This document shows, in pieces, positions 1 to 9,917 of a DNA stretch of 64,000 nt. The notes under the pieces are model-generated. The model was not told the origin of the DNA. It searched no databases and saw nothing but the letters and a program-made list of their open reading frames with translations. The stretch lies in contig CALXWA010000004.1 of the NCBI GenBank assembly GCA_944392275.1, forward strand, positions 93,408-157,407. The letters run 5' to 3'. This DNA is from an uncultured Alphaproteobacteria bacterium. Lineage in GTDB: Bacteria; Pseudomonadota; Alphaproteobacteria; RF32; CAG-239. A program made the position numbers and the translations under genes. How positions within the stretch are numbered: the first letter of the stretch is position 1; each line of letters starts with the position of its first letter.

Positions 1-1
1 G

Positions 2-1405
2 GCGGTTGCCAATGGGGCTGCCAAATTAATCGTCGGCCAAAATGGTTTTGTTTCAACACCGGCAGGCTCCAACCTCATGCTCAAAAATCATACCAACGGA
101 GGTTTTGTTCTTTCGGCATCTCACAATCCCGGAGGAGAAAATGCCGATTTTGGAATCAAATACGCGAATGAAACCGGCGGCCAAGTCCCCACCTCAATAA
201 CCGATAAGATTTTCCAAAATTCCAAGAGCATTAAAGAGTATAAAATTTTTGAAGCTCCGGACATTGACCTTTCCGTCATCGGCACACAAAAACTTGGAAA
301 TACAATTATTGAAATTATCGACCCGATTAAAGACTATGTTGAAATGATGGAAAACATTTTTGATTTTGCAGCCTTAAAACAGCTCTTCAAAAAAGGTTTT
401 ACCATGCGTTTTGATGCCATGAATGCCGTTACAGGTCCCTATGCTCAACGTATTTTTGAAGAGATTCTCGGGGCTCCGAAAGGTTCGGTTGTTCATGCCA
501 AGCCGCTTCCCGATTTTGGCGGATTACATCCGGATCCCAATCTTGTCTACGCAAAAGAATTGGTTGATTTTATGTATTCAGACAATGCGGCGGATTTTGG
601 CTGTGCCAACGACGGAGATGGTGATCGCAACATGATTCTCGGCAAGAAGTTCTTTGTAACACCGAGCGACAGCTTAGCAATTCTAACCGATAACTATCAA
701 TTAATACCGGCCTATAAAAATGGGATTTACGGTGTTGGAAAATCAGCGGCGACCTCAACGGCAGTTGGCCGTGTTGCCAAAGCACACAACATTGGTTATT
801 ATGAAGTACCGACCGGTTGGAAATATTTTGTAAATTTAATGGATTCAAACCGCATAACCTTCTGCGGAGAAGAAAGTTTTGGAACCGGTTCTTCTCACAT
901 ACGTGAAAAAGATGGCATTTGGGCAATTTTGTTCTGGTTAAGCATTATTGCCAAGACCGGAAAATCTGTTGAAGAAATCACCCGTGAACATTGGGAGAAA
1001 TACGGACGCAGCTACTACATGCGTTTTGATTTTGAAGGAATTTCGACCGAAACAGCCGATGACTTAATGCAAAATCTGGAAAACAAATTACCCTCCTTAT
1101 CTGGCAAAGAATTTTACGGCTACACGGTCAAAGATGCCGCTCCTTTTGTATATAAAGATCCGGTTGACAATTCAACCACCAAAAACGGATTAATCGTTTA
1201 CTTTACGGACGGCTCCAGAATCGTTTACCGCCTATCTGGAACGGGTTCAAGCGGAGCAACGATTCGTGTCTACTTAGAAAGATTCAGTGCGAAAGATTTA
1301 GCCAAAGATCCAAGAGCCATGTTGGAAGAACTTTCCAAAGCCGCAATGGACATTGCCGAAATCCCCGAAAGGACAGGGAAACACCAAGCCGATGTTGTTA
1401 CGTAA
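2..1405 (+). CDS. pgm: phosphoglucomutase (alpha-D-phosphohexomutase), 5' end cut by window edge
   Basis: The frame is open from base 2. It carries the phosphoserine loop SASHNPGG, the metal loop DGDGDR and the sugar loop CGEESFG. Confidence 0.9.
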   Translation, partial: AVANGAAKLIVGQNGFVSTPAGSNLMLKNHTNGGFVLSASHNPGGENADFGIKYANETGGQVPTSITDKIFQNSKSIKEYKIFEAPDIDLSVIGTQKLGNTIIEIIDPIKDYVEMMENIFDFAALKQLFKKGFTMRFDAMNAVTGPYAQRIFEEILGAPKGSVVHAKPLPDFGGLHPDPNLVYAKELVDFMYSDNAADFGCANDGDGDRNMILGKKFFVTPSDSLAILTDNYQLIPAYKNGIYGVGKSAATSTAVGRVAKAHNIGYYEVPTGWKYFVNLMDSNRITFCGEESFGTGSSHIREKDGIWAILFWLSIIAKTGKSVEEITREHWEKYGRSYYMRFDFEGISTETADDLMQNLENKLPSLSGKEFYGYTVKDAAPFVYKDPVDNSTTKNGLIVYFTDGSRIVYRLSGTGSSGATIRVYLERFSAKDLAKDPRAMLEELSKAAMDIAEIPERTGKHQADVVT

Positions 1406-2507
1406 CAAACATAGCCTGATTATATGGACCTTACTTTCCGCTCTGGCTTTTAGCCCAAAAGCCGGAGCCGGATTGTATGGTCATACTTCTGCCAATCCGG
1501 AAACCTATGCCGAAACTTTTCTCAATCAAGAAACCCCACCGCTACACATTATTAACTATCGCGAAAAAATGCGCGAAAATTTGTTAATGATGATAAACTA
1601 TGCCCAAGCTCACAATGCCGACTTTCAAATTTTGGTTCATGAAGGAGAAGAGCTTCTAACCAAATCTTTTTGGGAATATAATTTAGATGACTACAATCGC
1701 GTCCGCAAAAGCAAGAAAACGGTTTATGATGACACGTTTCTCTCTACTCCGGAAGAATTGCCGGCTCCGCCAATGGAAACATTAGCCTACCAATATCTGC
1801 ACTCTATTGGTGGAATTGCCTTAAACAACATCTATTGCGGCAAAAACAACAAGAAAAATAATAAACTTATTCAAGAAAACAACATTCCGGTAATCGGGAT
1901 AGAAAAGTGCAATACGGAAGAAGATTTTGATCGGGCAATTATCCGCTCGGTTATGGATGGGAGAATTGTATACGGATACAGCGATCCGCAATATGCTTTC
2001 AAGGACATTGCCCACCAACCCGTCATCAATGAATCGGCCAAAAATGTTACCAAATTTTCCGAGGCTAAAAACATTCTGATTTTAAATGACGATCAGCTAT
2101 ACCAAAATAAAAATCAACTTGTAGATGCCCTAGCCGATACTAATTATGACGTGATTGTAATCAAACCGCTTTTTCGCCACAATCAACCCTTTAGTAATGA
2201 AGATATTCACCGCTTAAAATTCAAAAAGAATGGCACCCGACGCCTCTTAATTGCAGAAATGAATGTCTCTGAAATCAACCCGTATGACTATTTTTGGAAA
2301 AAAGCCTGGAAACAAAATCCACCGCAATGGTTCAAAAGAAAATCCTTTGTAGAAGCCGATTCGATTATTACAGAATATTGGAATACGGCCTGGCAAGAGA
2401 TCATATCAAAACATTTTAAAGACATCATCCGCAGTGATTTTGACGGTGTCTTTTTTACCGGTATCGAAAACTACAAATATTTTGAAAAACAGACCCCGAT
2501 AGAGTAA
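1392..2507 (+). CDS. secreted GH114/TM1410-like putative glycoside hydrolase
   Basis: Internal ATG at 1392 gives a signal-peptide-like N-terminus (LIIWTLLSALAFSPKAGAG). The C-terminal half (LLIAEMNVSEINPYDYFWKKAW..TEYWNTAWQEII..FDGVFFTGIENY) resembles the GH114/TM1410 pattern. Confidence 0.5.
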   Translation: MLLRNKHSLIIWTLLSALAFSPKAGAGLYGHTSANPETYAETFLNQETPPLHIINYREKMRENLLMMINYAQAHNADFQILVHEGEELLTKSFWEYNLDDYNRVRKSKKTVYDDTFLSTPEELPAPPMETLAYQYLHSIGGIALNNIYCGKNNKKNNKLIQENNIPVIGIEKCNTEEDFDRAIIRSVMDGRIVYGYSDPQYAFKDIAHQPVINESAKNVTKFSEAKNILILNDDQLYQNKNQLVDALADTNYDVIVIKPLFRHNQPFSNEDIHRLKFKKNGTRRLLIAEMNVSEINPYDYFWKKAWKQNPPQWFKRKSFVEADSIITEYWNTAWQEIISKHFKDIIRSDFDGVFFTGIENYKYFEKQTPIE

Positions 2508-2512
2508 CAGAC

Positions 2513-2779
2513 ATGACTGAAGTTGAAGTATTAGACATATCTCGAGATGCGATTTTTACCTTGCTAAAGGTTGTTACCCCTTTACTATTAGTCGCCTTAT
2601 TTATTGGCTTAATTGTCGGTATTTTTCAAGCTTTAACCCAAATCCAAGAAGCCACGCTTGCTTTTGTTCCCAAAATTATAGGCGTTTTTGTGGCAATTAT
2701 TTTATTATTTCCTTTCATGTTTAGCCAAATGAAAAATCTAACGGAAGGATTGTTTGATAAAATCATCAGCGGCGGATAA
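2513..2779 (+). CDS. fliQ: flagellar export apparatus protein FliQ
   Basis: 88-aa two-TM protein with a FliQ-like sequence, immediately upstream of fliR. Confidence 0.9.
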   Translation: MTEVEVLDISRDAIFTLLKVVTPLLLVALFIGLIVGIFQALTQIQEATLAFVPKIIGVFVAIILLFPFMFSQMKNLTEGLFDKIISGG

Positions 2780-2783
2780 ATAA

Positions 2784-3539
2784 ATGGCAGAAATTTTAAA
2801 CTTAAATATGTACCATTTTTTGATGGTCTTTTTACGTTTAGGCTCGGCATTTATGTTAATGCCGGGTTTTATGACTTCTTTTATCAACACGCAAGTCCGA
2901 CTATCGATTGCTCTTGCCCTCAGCATTATTTTAATGCCCTTAATTAGCACGCACCTGCCTCCGGCACCTCAAGATACGGCAACTTTTATTACATATACCT
3001 TAAGCGAAATCACAATTGGAATTTTCTTAGGTTTGGTTATGCAATTTTTGTATTTTTCCCTTCGTTTTGCAGCCAACCTGGCCGGACAAGCCATCGGTTT
3101 TTCCAATGCTCAAATTTTTGATCCCAGCTTTCAAAGCCAAACCATCGTTTTAGAAAGTTTCTTAAGTATGGTCACCCTCACGGTTATCTTTATAACCGAT
3201 ATCCACCACTTAATGCTTGGTGCCGTCATAGACAGTTATCATCTCTTTCCGGTCGGACAAAACCTTCCGTGGGGAGATTTTTCAGACAACTTATCCCAAA
3301 ATTTAAACAAAGCCTTTGTCATGGGCTTTAAGCTGGGTTCACCTTTTGTTGCCTTTACCATCATTTTTTATGTCGGAATGGGCTTGGTATCACGTCTGAT
3401 GCCGCAATTGAATATATTTTTTCTGTCTCTGCCCTTACAAATTTATTTAGGCTTAGGATTAGTTTTTATCACAACTCCAATCATGGTAATGTGGTTTATC
3501 AAATACTATGAAGACGGAATACAACAATTTTTGCATTAG
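2784..3539 (+). CDS. fliR: flagellar export apparatus protein FliR
   Basis: 251-aa polytopic membrane protein located between fliQ and flhB. Confidence 0.85.
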   Translation: MAEILNLNMYHFLMVFLRLGSAFMLMPGFMTSFINTQVRLSIALALSIILMPLISTHLPPAPQDTATFITYTLSEITIGIFLGLVMQFLYFSLRFAANLAGQAIGFSNAQIFDPSFQSQTIVLESFLSMVTLTVIFITDIHHLMLGAVIDSYHLFPVGQNLPWGDFSDNLSQNLNKAFVMGFKLGSPFVAFTIIFYVGMGLVSRLMPQLNIFFLSLPLQIYLGLGLVFITTPIMVMWFIKYYEDGIQQFLH

Positions 3540-3551
3540 CAACGGAGGACC

Positions 3552-4625
3552 ATGGTAGCACCGGAAGATGATGACGAATCCTCCAAAACGGAAGAGCCGT
3601 CGGAACGAAAAATAAGCAAAGCCAAAGAAGAAGGCGATGTTGCGATCTCGCAAGAAGCCAAAAGCTTTATTATGCTTTTGGGAATGTTGTTTGTGGTCTG
3701 GCTGGTCATTCCGCTGATTTTTCGGTGGTATTATCTAATGTCCGTACGCTTTATTGAAAGCCCGGGACAAATGAGCATCAGCGTACCAGAATTTCAATTG
3801 TTATTAAAACAAGTTTTTTTGGGCATTCTGAAGCTAATGGGGATTCCGTTTGCTCTGTTTATGGTTTTGGGAATTTTCGCCAGCATTGCCCAAACCGGAT
3901 TTATATATGCCCCGCAAAAGCTCCTCCCCAACTGGAACAAGCTCAATATTTTTGCGGCCATACCCAATTTCATCAACATGAAAAAAATTGTGGAAAGCTT
4001 AAAAGGGATTATCAAAATAACCGTGATTAGCATCATTGCCGTTTTGGTTATTCGTCCCTATCTGGAAAAGGCAAATTTATTGCCCACCATGGAAAGTATA
4101 TCGATTCTTCAGTTCATTCACAAAGCGGTAACGATTCTTTTGTTTACGGTTGTTTTGGCGGTTTTGGTCTTAGCCGTTTTGGATTTTGCTTACCAAAAAT
4201 ACATGCACTTAAAAAAACTCCGCATGACCAAACAAGAGGTAAAAGAAGAATACAAACAAATGGAAGGGGATCCTCTGGTAAAGTCAAAAATCCGCCAAAT
4301 CCGTATGGAAAGAGCACGCCACCGCATGATGGAAAATGTCCCCAAGGCAGATGTTGTTATTGTCAACCCGACCCATTATGCAGTAGCTTTAGAATATAAG
4401 ATGGAAACAATGGATGCTCCGAAAGTAACCGCCAAAGGAATAGATAACGTGGCACTTCGTATTAAAGCTTTAGCGGAAGAACACGATGTTCCGATTGTAG
4501 AAAATCCGCCTTTGGCAAGAGCTCTGTTCGCCTCCACCGAACTAGACCAAACCATCCCGCAAGAACACTTTAAAGCCGTCGCAGAGGTAATTGGATATGT
4601 TATGCAGCTCAAAAATCAGCAATAG
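3552..4625 (+). CDS. flhB: flagellar export switch protein FlhB
   Basis: 357 aa with N-terminal TM segments. The NPTH autocleavage motif is present (VNPTHYAVAL), followed by a conserved C-terminal domain. Confidence 0.9.
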   Translation: MVAPEDDDESSKTEEPSERKISKAKEEGDVAISQEAKSFIMLLGMLFVVWLVIPLIFRWYYLMSVRFIESPGQMSISVPEFQLLLKQVFLGILKLMGIPFALFMVLGIFASIAQTGFIYAPQKLLPNWNKLNIFAAIPNFINMKKIVESLKGIIKITVISIIAVLVIRPYLEKANLLPTMESISILQFIHKAVTILLFTVVLAVLVLAVLDFAYQKYMHLKKLRMTKQEVKEEYKQMEGDPLVKSKIRQIRMERARHRMMENVPKADVVIVNPTHYAVALEYKMETMDAPKVTAKGIDNVALRIKALAEEHDVPIVENPPLARALFASTELDQTIPQEHFKAVAEVIGYVMQLKNQQ

Positions 4626-7251
4626 ACCGGATAAACTCTTACAAACAAGCTTGCTAAAACTGGCTTTTTGTCTGGTAGCTCTGACCATAACTTTAATTTT
4701 CTTTTTAACCACGCCGGAATACCACTTTGCTCTCTTGGCTCTGAGTGCCTTATTAACGAGTTTTTGCTTAATCCTAACCATCAAAACACTGGATGCCGGA
4801 GAAGAAGCCATCAGCTATGGCGGATTTGCCAATGAAATCATCCGTAACGATTTTAAAATCCGTCGAATTGAAAATCCGCAAGGGGAAAGCATTTTGCAAA
4901 ATTCTCTCTCTGAAGACTTGTTCAAAAATCTTCCGGTTCTCGATTTTTTGGAACAACATCTGTCCCAAGACACCACCACAAAAAACAATTTTTACCGTTT
5001 GCAAACAGCTTACCAAAACCTAACGCGAGAAAAAGCGGTTTTAGCTCTGGTACTTCATCGGGAAAAAGACCGTATTTTTGACCAACAAGAATGGTTTGAA
5101 ATTTACCTGCAACCCATCTACCTAAAAAAGACCAATATTTTTGAAGGCCCCTTTTCTATCAAAAAAATAAAAAAAGAAACTTATTTTTATTGGAATATTC
5201 GTGACATTACCGCCGAAAAAAATCTGGAACAAATCTTTCAAGAAGAACGCAAATCCACACACGATTTTTTAGATTACCTTCCCGTCGGCTTATATGTCGC
5301 AGATAAAGATTATAATTTAGAATACGTCAACCATAATTTTGCCGAATTTTTAGGCAAAGAAGATGAACAAATCATCAACAAACCCCTAAAAGAATTTTTA
5401 TCGACCAATTCTCTCCTTCCTCCCCGCAAAAGCCTATGGCACGGAGAAGTTCATTTCATAAACAGCCATAACGAAGTCAAAGACGCTCACGTTTTTCAAA
5501 CCGGCTTCCGAGAACACGAACAAAATAAGGTCCGCGGGGTTGTCATTTCAGAACTGCCGACCACGTCAGATATTCAAAATAAGATTGATCACGCTTATGA
5601 TAAAATCAGTTGGTTGTTTAATTATGCTCCGGTCGGCATCATCTTCATCAATAACGAAGGTATAATTACCGATTGCAACCCGATAATTCCCAAACTTTTT
5701 GACTTAAACGGGGATGAAATTATCGGTCAGCCTTTTGAAAAATTTATCACTCCCGAAGATTCACAAAAGCTGAGCAAAGGTTTTGAAGACATTCGCAAGA
5801 CACCGGAAAATTCTCTTAATTTTGAAATTCACGTAAACAGCGAACACAAAAGTTCGGTTATTTCGCTTTATATCAGCTCGATGCAACGTTATTACGCCGC
5901 CGGAAAAAGCAACGGCAACGGTTTTGTCCTGTACTTAATTGATGCCACCCGTCAAAAGAACTTGGAAATTCAATTTGCACAAGCACAAAAGATGCAAGCC
6001 GTCGGACAACTTGCGGGAGGAGTAGCACACGACTTTAACAACCTCTTGACCGCTATGATTGGTTTTACGGATTTATTATTACAACGACACGGTGTCGGAG
6101 ACCCCTCCTTTGCCGATTTGATTCAAATTAAACAAAACGCCAATCGTGCCGCCGGTCTCGTCCGCCAACTTCTGGCCTTTTCACGCAAACAACCGCTTCA
6201 ACCAAAACTCATCGACATTACCGAAAACTTTGTTGAACTAAGCCATATGCTCAAACGCATCTTAGGGGAACAAACCACGCTTAATTTTTATCATGGGAAT
6301 GAACTCGGCTACGTCAGGGTTGACCCGGTACAGTTTTCGCAAGTTATTATTAATTTGGCTGTTAATGCCAAAGACGCCATGGACGGACACGGCAGTTTAA
6401 CCATCAGCACCCATACCGAAATTTTGAGTGAAAGCTATCAGTTTGGGGATGATTTAATCAAGCCGGGCGAGTTTGTGGTAATTGAAGTAACCGATACCGG
6501 TTGCGGCATTCCGGAAGAAAACTTAAGCCGCATTTTTGACCCGTTTTTCTCAACCAAACAAAACGTCGTCGGATCAGGAACAGGACTTGGTTTGGCTATG
6601 GTTTACGGGATTGTCCGCCAGACCGAAGGCTTTATTAAAGTAAAGAGCAAGCTCGGACAAGGAACAACTTTTTCCATTTACCTACCTCGTTTTGAAAACA
6701 ACGGAGAAGAAGATCTTGATTTAAGCAGCAAAGAAACCGTCACCGACACAAACGGCACCCCCATTCTAACCGTCAAAGAAAAAATTATGCCGCCGGTATC
6801 CATCAACAAAAAAATAATTGTCGGCCTTAATGTTTCAAACGCCATCGACCGAGGAATGAGCACATCTGCCAAAGACAATAAAAAGATACGGATTCTTTTT
6901 GTTGAAGATGAAGATTCCGTTAGAACATTTGGGATCCGAGCCCTAAAGAAAAAAGGCTATGATGTCACGGATTGTAGCTGTGCGGAGGCCGCTTTAGAAT
7001 GTATTGAACAAGATCAAAACTTCAACCTCTTAATAACGGATATGGTTATGCCCGGAATGTCAGGAGCAGAATTGACAAAAAAAATAAAAGAGAAGATTCC
7101 TGATATTAAAGTCATTTTAGCCTCCGGCTATTCAGAAGAAATCGTAAAACAAGAGCTGGATAATTTTGACGATTTTGACTTTATCACCAAACCATACAGC
7201 TTAGGAGACTTGACAGCAAAAGTTTTTGATGTCTTAAATAAATCCCGTTAG
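4591..7251 (+). CDS. hybrid sensor histidine kinase/response regulator, CckA-like architecture
   Basis: TM segments and PAS-like regions are followed by the H-box GGVAHDFNNLLTAM and G-boxes (DTGCGI, GSGTGLGLAM). The C-terminal receiver carries LLITDMVMPGMSG. The start is uncertain because the ORF overlaps the flhB end by 35 nt. Confidence 0.75.
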   Translation: MDMLCSSKISNRPDKLLQTSLLKLAFCLVALTITLIFFLTTPEYHFALLALSALLTSFCLILTIKTLDAGEEAISYGGFANEIIRNDFKIRRIENPQGESILQNSLSEDLFKNLPVLDFLEQHLSQDTTTKNNFYRLQTAYQNLTREKAVLALVLHREKDRIFDQQEWFEIYLQPIYLKKTNIFEGPFSIKKIKKETYFYWNIRDITAEKNLEQIFQEERKSTHDFLDYLPVGLYVADKDYNLEYVNHNFAEFLGKEDEQIINKPLKEFLSTNSLLPPRKSLWHGEVHFINSHNEVKDAHVFQTGFREHEQNKVRGVVISELPTTSDIQNKIDHAYDKISWLFNYAPVGIIFINNEGIITDCNPIIPKLFDLNGDEIIGQPFEKFITPEDSQKLSKGFEDIRKTPENSLNFEIHVNSEHKSSVISLYISSMQRYYAAGKSNGNGFVLYLIDATRQKNLEIQFAQAQKMQAVGQLAGGVAHDFNNLLTAMIGFTDLLLQRHGVGDPSFADLIQIKQNANRAAGLVRQLLAFSRKQPLQPKLIDITENFVELSHMLKRILGEQTTLNFYHGNELGYVRVDPVQFSQVIINLAVNAKDAMDGHGSLTISTHTEILSESYQFGDDLIKPGEFVVIEVTDTGCGIPEENLSRIFDPFFSTKQNVVGSGTGLGLAMVYGIVRQTEGFIKVKSKLGQGTTFSIYLPRFENNGEEDLDLSSKETVTDTNGTPILTVKEKIMPPVSINKKIIVGLNVSNAIDRGMSTSAKDNKKIRILFVEDEDSVRTFGIRALKKKGYDVTDCSCAEAALECIEQDQNFNLLITDMVMPGMSGAELTKKIKEKIPDIKVILASGYSEEIVKQELDNFDDFDFITKPYSLGDLTAKVFDVLNKSR

Positions 7252-7259
7252 GAATTAAG

Positions 7260-8006
7260 ATGAATCAAAAGAATGATATCTCACAATTGACACTTGACTT
7301 TCCACACCGGCCCAGCCTTGGGAGAGAAGATTTTATGGTGTCTCCGTGCAATGAAGAAGCGGTCCGCTTGGTTGAAAGTTGGCCGTTATGGCCTTTTTTT
7401 GCCGTTTGCATTTATGGTGCCGAAAGTAGTGGCAAAACCCACCTGGCCAACGTATTTGCCAACAACGTGGCCAATGCAACCAACTACCCGTATCGCATAC
7501 CTTACCTCAAAGCTTCCGCCATAACAATGGAAAACTTTCGTCCTTTGTTTGAACAACATCGTTGTTTGATTATAGAAGATTTAGATGACAAAATAAATCA
7601 AGAAGCCTTGTTTCATCTCTACAATCTTTACCGTGATGAAGGAGGCAACATTTTATTTACATCACAACAAGCTCCGGCACGCCTTAATTTTACGCTACCG
7701 GATCTCCGTTCTAGGATGAATATTGTCCCGGCCGTCAAAATCAGCGAACCCGATGATGAACTTTTATCCGCCTTGTTGATCAAACTTTTTACGGACAGAC
7801 AAATAACCCCAACTCCGGAGGTCATCAATTATATTTTAAACAACATGCAACGTTCTTTTGCTTATGCCAAAAAACTTGTTGCCGAAATTGATAACGTTTC
7901 ACTGTCTAAAAAAAGAGCCGTGACAGTATCCATTGTCAAAGAAGCCATCAATAACTTAAACCAGACCGAAGCGGCTCAAGGAGACCTTTTTTCAAACTTT
8001 TTTTAA
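7260..8006 (+). CDS. hdaA: DnaA-related replication regulator HdaA
   Basis: N-terminus QLTLDFPHRPSLGREDFMVSPCNEEA, Walker A-like GAESSGKTHL, and a size of about 250 aa, all typical of alphaproteobacterial HdaA. Confidence 0.8.
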   Translation: MNQKNDISQLTLDFPHRPSLGREDFMVSPCNEEAVRLVESWPLWPFFAVCIYGAESSGKTHLANVFANNVANATNYPYRIPYLKASAITMENFRPLFEQHRCLIIEDLDDKINQEALFHLYNLYRDEGGNILFTSQQAPARLNFTLPDLRSRMNIVPAVKISEPDDELLSALLIKLFTDRQITPTPEVINYILNNMQRSFAYAKKLVAEIDNVSLSKKRAVTVSIVKEAINNLNQTEAAQGDLFSNFF

Positions 8007-8028
8007 GAAAAAATATATTATAAATAAC

Positions 8029-8052
8029 AAAGCCCCTAAAAAGGGGCTTTTG
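8029..8052. terminator. bidirectional rho-independent terminator between hdaA and ftsZ
   Basis: Hairpin AGCCCCT-AAAA-AGGGGCT flanked by A- and T-runs, lying between convergent genes. Confidence 0.7.
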
Positions 8053-8077
8053 AAAATGAAACAAAATAACAACCTAA

Positions 8078-9778
8078 TTATTTTCGCCGTAAGAACGAAG
8101 GAATTTCCAAATTCAATCGATCTTCTTGAGCATATTCATCATTAGAAAATGCATGTGAAACCGGCTCCTGAACACGTTCCGTCTCCTTAAGTTTTTTACG
8201 GTTTCTTTTAGCAATAGAAAAACCGGTAACTCTTTCAATCAACGTCGGAGTATACTCTTCTTCAGGTTCATTGACAATCAGTTCCTCAACATCTTCTTGT
8301 CTTCTGGCACTAAGAGAAGGTGTATGGCTTGGAAACAATTCAGGTTCCTCTTCAACAGCTCGGAGTGAACTTTGAGCTCGAAATACATTTTCATTTGAGG
8401 ACAGAGCACTCTCTAATTGAGAAGTCTCGCTCTTGTCGTCAGGTTTATTAATAATAGCCTTAAATAAAGAGGATGCGTTAGGCAGTTCAGAAATTACCTT
8501 AGATTTTTCCAAATCATCAAAATCATCAAATACTTCCTGAAGCTTTGGTTCTTCGACGGCACGAAGAGGTTCGGCCTTAGGCATTTCTCTCATTTCTTCC
8601 TGTAAAGAAACTACAGAGGCGTTATCAATAATTTCCTCAACGGTATTGGTCGTTGCTTTTTCTTTCACCGCTGAGAACTGCTCCAGATTGGCGTTCATCT
8701 CAACCGATGGAGCCGGAGGCGTCATTCCCTCCATAATACTTTCAGCGACCGCTTTGGTCGTCGGACGGCTTACCGGAATACGTTTTTGGTTTTGATCAAT
8801 TCCGGTAGCAACAATAGAAACTCTTATTTTTCCGGATAATTCTTCATCATAGCTTGAGCCAAAAATAATATTAGCGTCTTCATCGACTTCTTCTTTAATA
8901 CGACTGGCTGCCTCATCAATTTCAAATAACGTAATATCGGACCCACCGGTAATATTAATCAAAACCCCTTTTGCTCCACGCATGGAAGAATCATCCAACA
9001 ACGGATTGGATAAAGCTTGTTCCGCAGCGGCAACAGCACGATTTTCGCCCTCGGCCTCTCCGGTACCCATAATGGCTTTTCCTTTATCTTCCATAATGGA
9101 CTTAATATCGGCAAAATCCAAATTAATCAAACCCGGCATCATCATCAAATCGGTAATAGAACGGACACCGGAATACAAAACATTATCCGCCATCACAAAA
9201 GCATCAACCAATGTGGTTTTTTTATCAGCAACGCGGAACAAATTTTGGTTTGGAATAATGATGATACTGTCAACTTCACGGGTAAAATTCTCAACAGCCG
9301 CCTCTGCGGTTTCCATTCTTTTTTTACCTTCAAACTGAAAAGGTTTGGTAACAACACCAATGGTCAAGATTCCTTTTTCTTTGGCAATTTTTGCCACAAC
9401 CGGAGCGGCACCGGAACCGGTACCACCGCCCATTCCGGCCGTAATAAAGACCATATTTGCCCCTTCCAATTCGCGTTCGATTTCTTCTTTAGCTTCTTCA
9501 GCGGCCATTTTTCCGACTTCCGGACGAGCACCGGCACCAAGACCTTTGGTTGTTTGCAAACCAAGTTGAATCTTGCGACTTGCGGTCGAATTTTCCAAAG
9601 CCTGAGCATCGGTATTAGCCACAATAAAATCAACACCTTCCAGATTTTGGGCAATCATATTATTGACGGCATTTCCGCCACCGCCGCCAACACCGATAAC
9701 CGAGATTCTCGGCTTGAGCTGCATCACATTTTTATCAGGAACCGCTAACTTAATTGACATGGTATTTCTTACTCCCAA
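8078..9778 (-). CDS. ftsZ: cell division GTPase FtsZ (long-linker alphaproteobacterial type)
   Basis: Tubulin signature [10 protein letters not shown], a long acidic linker, and the C-terminal peptide [10 protein letters not shown]. Confidence 0.97.
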   Translation of the reverse strand: MGVRNTMSIKLAVPDKNVMQLKPRISVIGVGGGGGNAVNNMIAQNLEGVDFIVANTDAQALENSTASRKIQLGLQTTKGLGAGARPEVGKMAAEEAKEEIERELEGANMVFITAGMGGGTGSGAAPVVAKIAKEKGILTIGVVTKPFQFEGKKRMETAEAAVENFTREVDSIIIIPNQNLFRVADKKTTLVDAFVMADNVLYSGVRSITDLMMMPGLINLDFADIKSIMEDKGKAIMGTGEAEGENRAVAAAEQALSNPLLDDSSMRGAKGVLINITGGSDITLFEIDEAASRIKEEVDEDANIIFGSSYDEELSGKIRVSIVATGIDQNQKRIPVSRPTTKAVAESIMEGMTPPAPSVEMNANLEQFSAVKEKATTNTVEEIIDNASVVSLQEEMREMPKAEPLRAVEEPKLQEVFDDFDDLEKSKVISELPNASSLFKAIINKPDDKSETSQLESALSSNENVFRAQSSLRAVEEEPELFPSHTPSLSARRQEDVEELIVNEPEEEYTPTLIERVTGFSIAKRNRKKLKETERVQEPVSHAFSNDEYAQEDRLNLEIPSFLRRK

Positions 9779-9917
9779 AATCCTAAAAATTAATCTTGAT
9801 TATAATCATAGTCTGAATAGATTAAGGTTTAGTTACCAAGAAGATTTTTTTCAAAATTTTTTTATGATACTAACGGGAGTTTTAAGCTTATTCAAGAACG
9901 ATAAACAATCTATCAAC

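Noticed and set aside
9017-9748. 243-aa plus-strand ORF, together with 8982-9338, 9345-9569 and 9364-9654, inside ftsZ.
   Set aside because: These are shadow ORFs antisense to or overlapping a highly conserved gene. Their low-complexity translations show no motifs.
9790-9836. CtrA-like half-matches upstream of ftsZ (TTAA-N7-TATA at 9790-9804, TTAA-N7-TTAC at 9822-9836), and a similar one upstream of mraY (16320-16335).
   Set aside because: Each has a mismatch, and TTAA-rich strings are expected by chance in AT-rich intergenic DNA. Only the ccrM site, with its TTAAC half, was kept, at low confidence.
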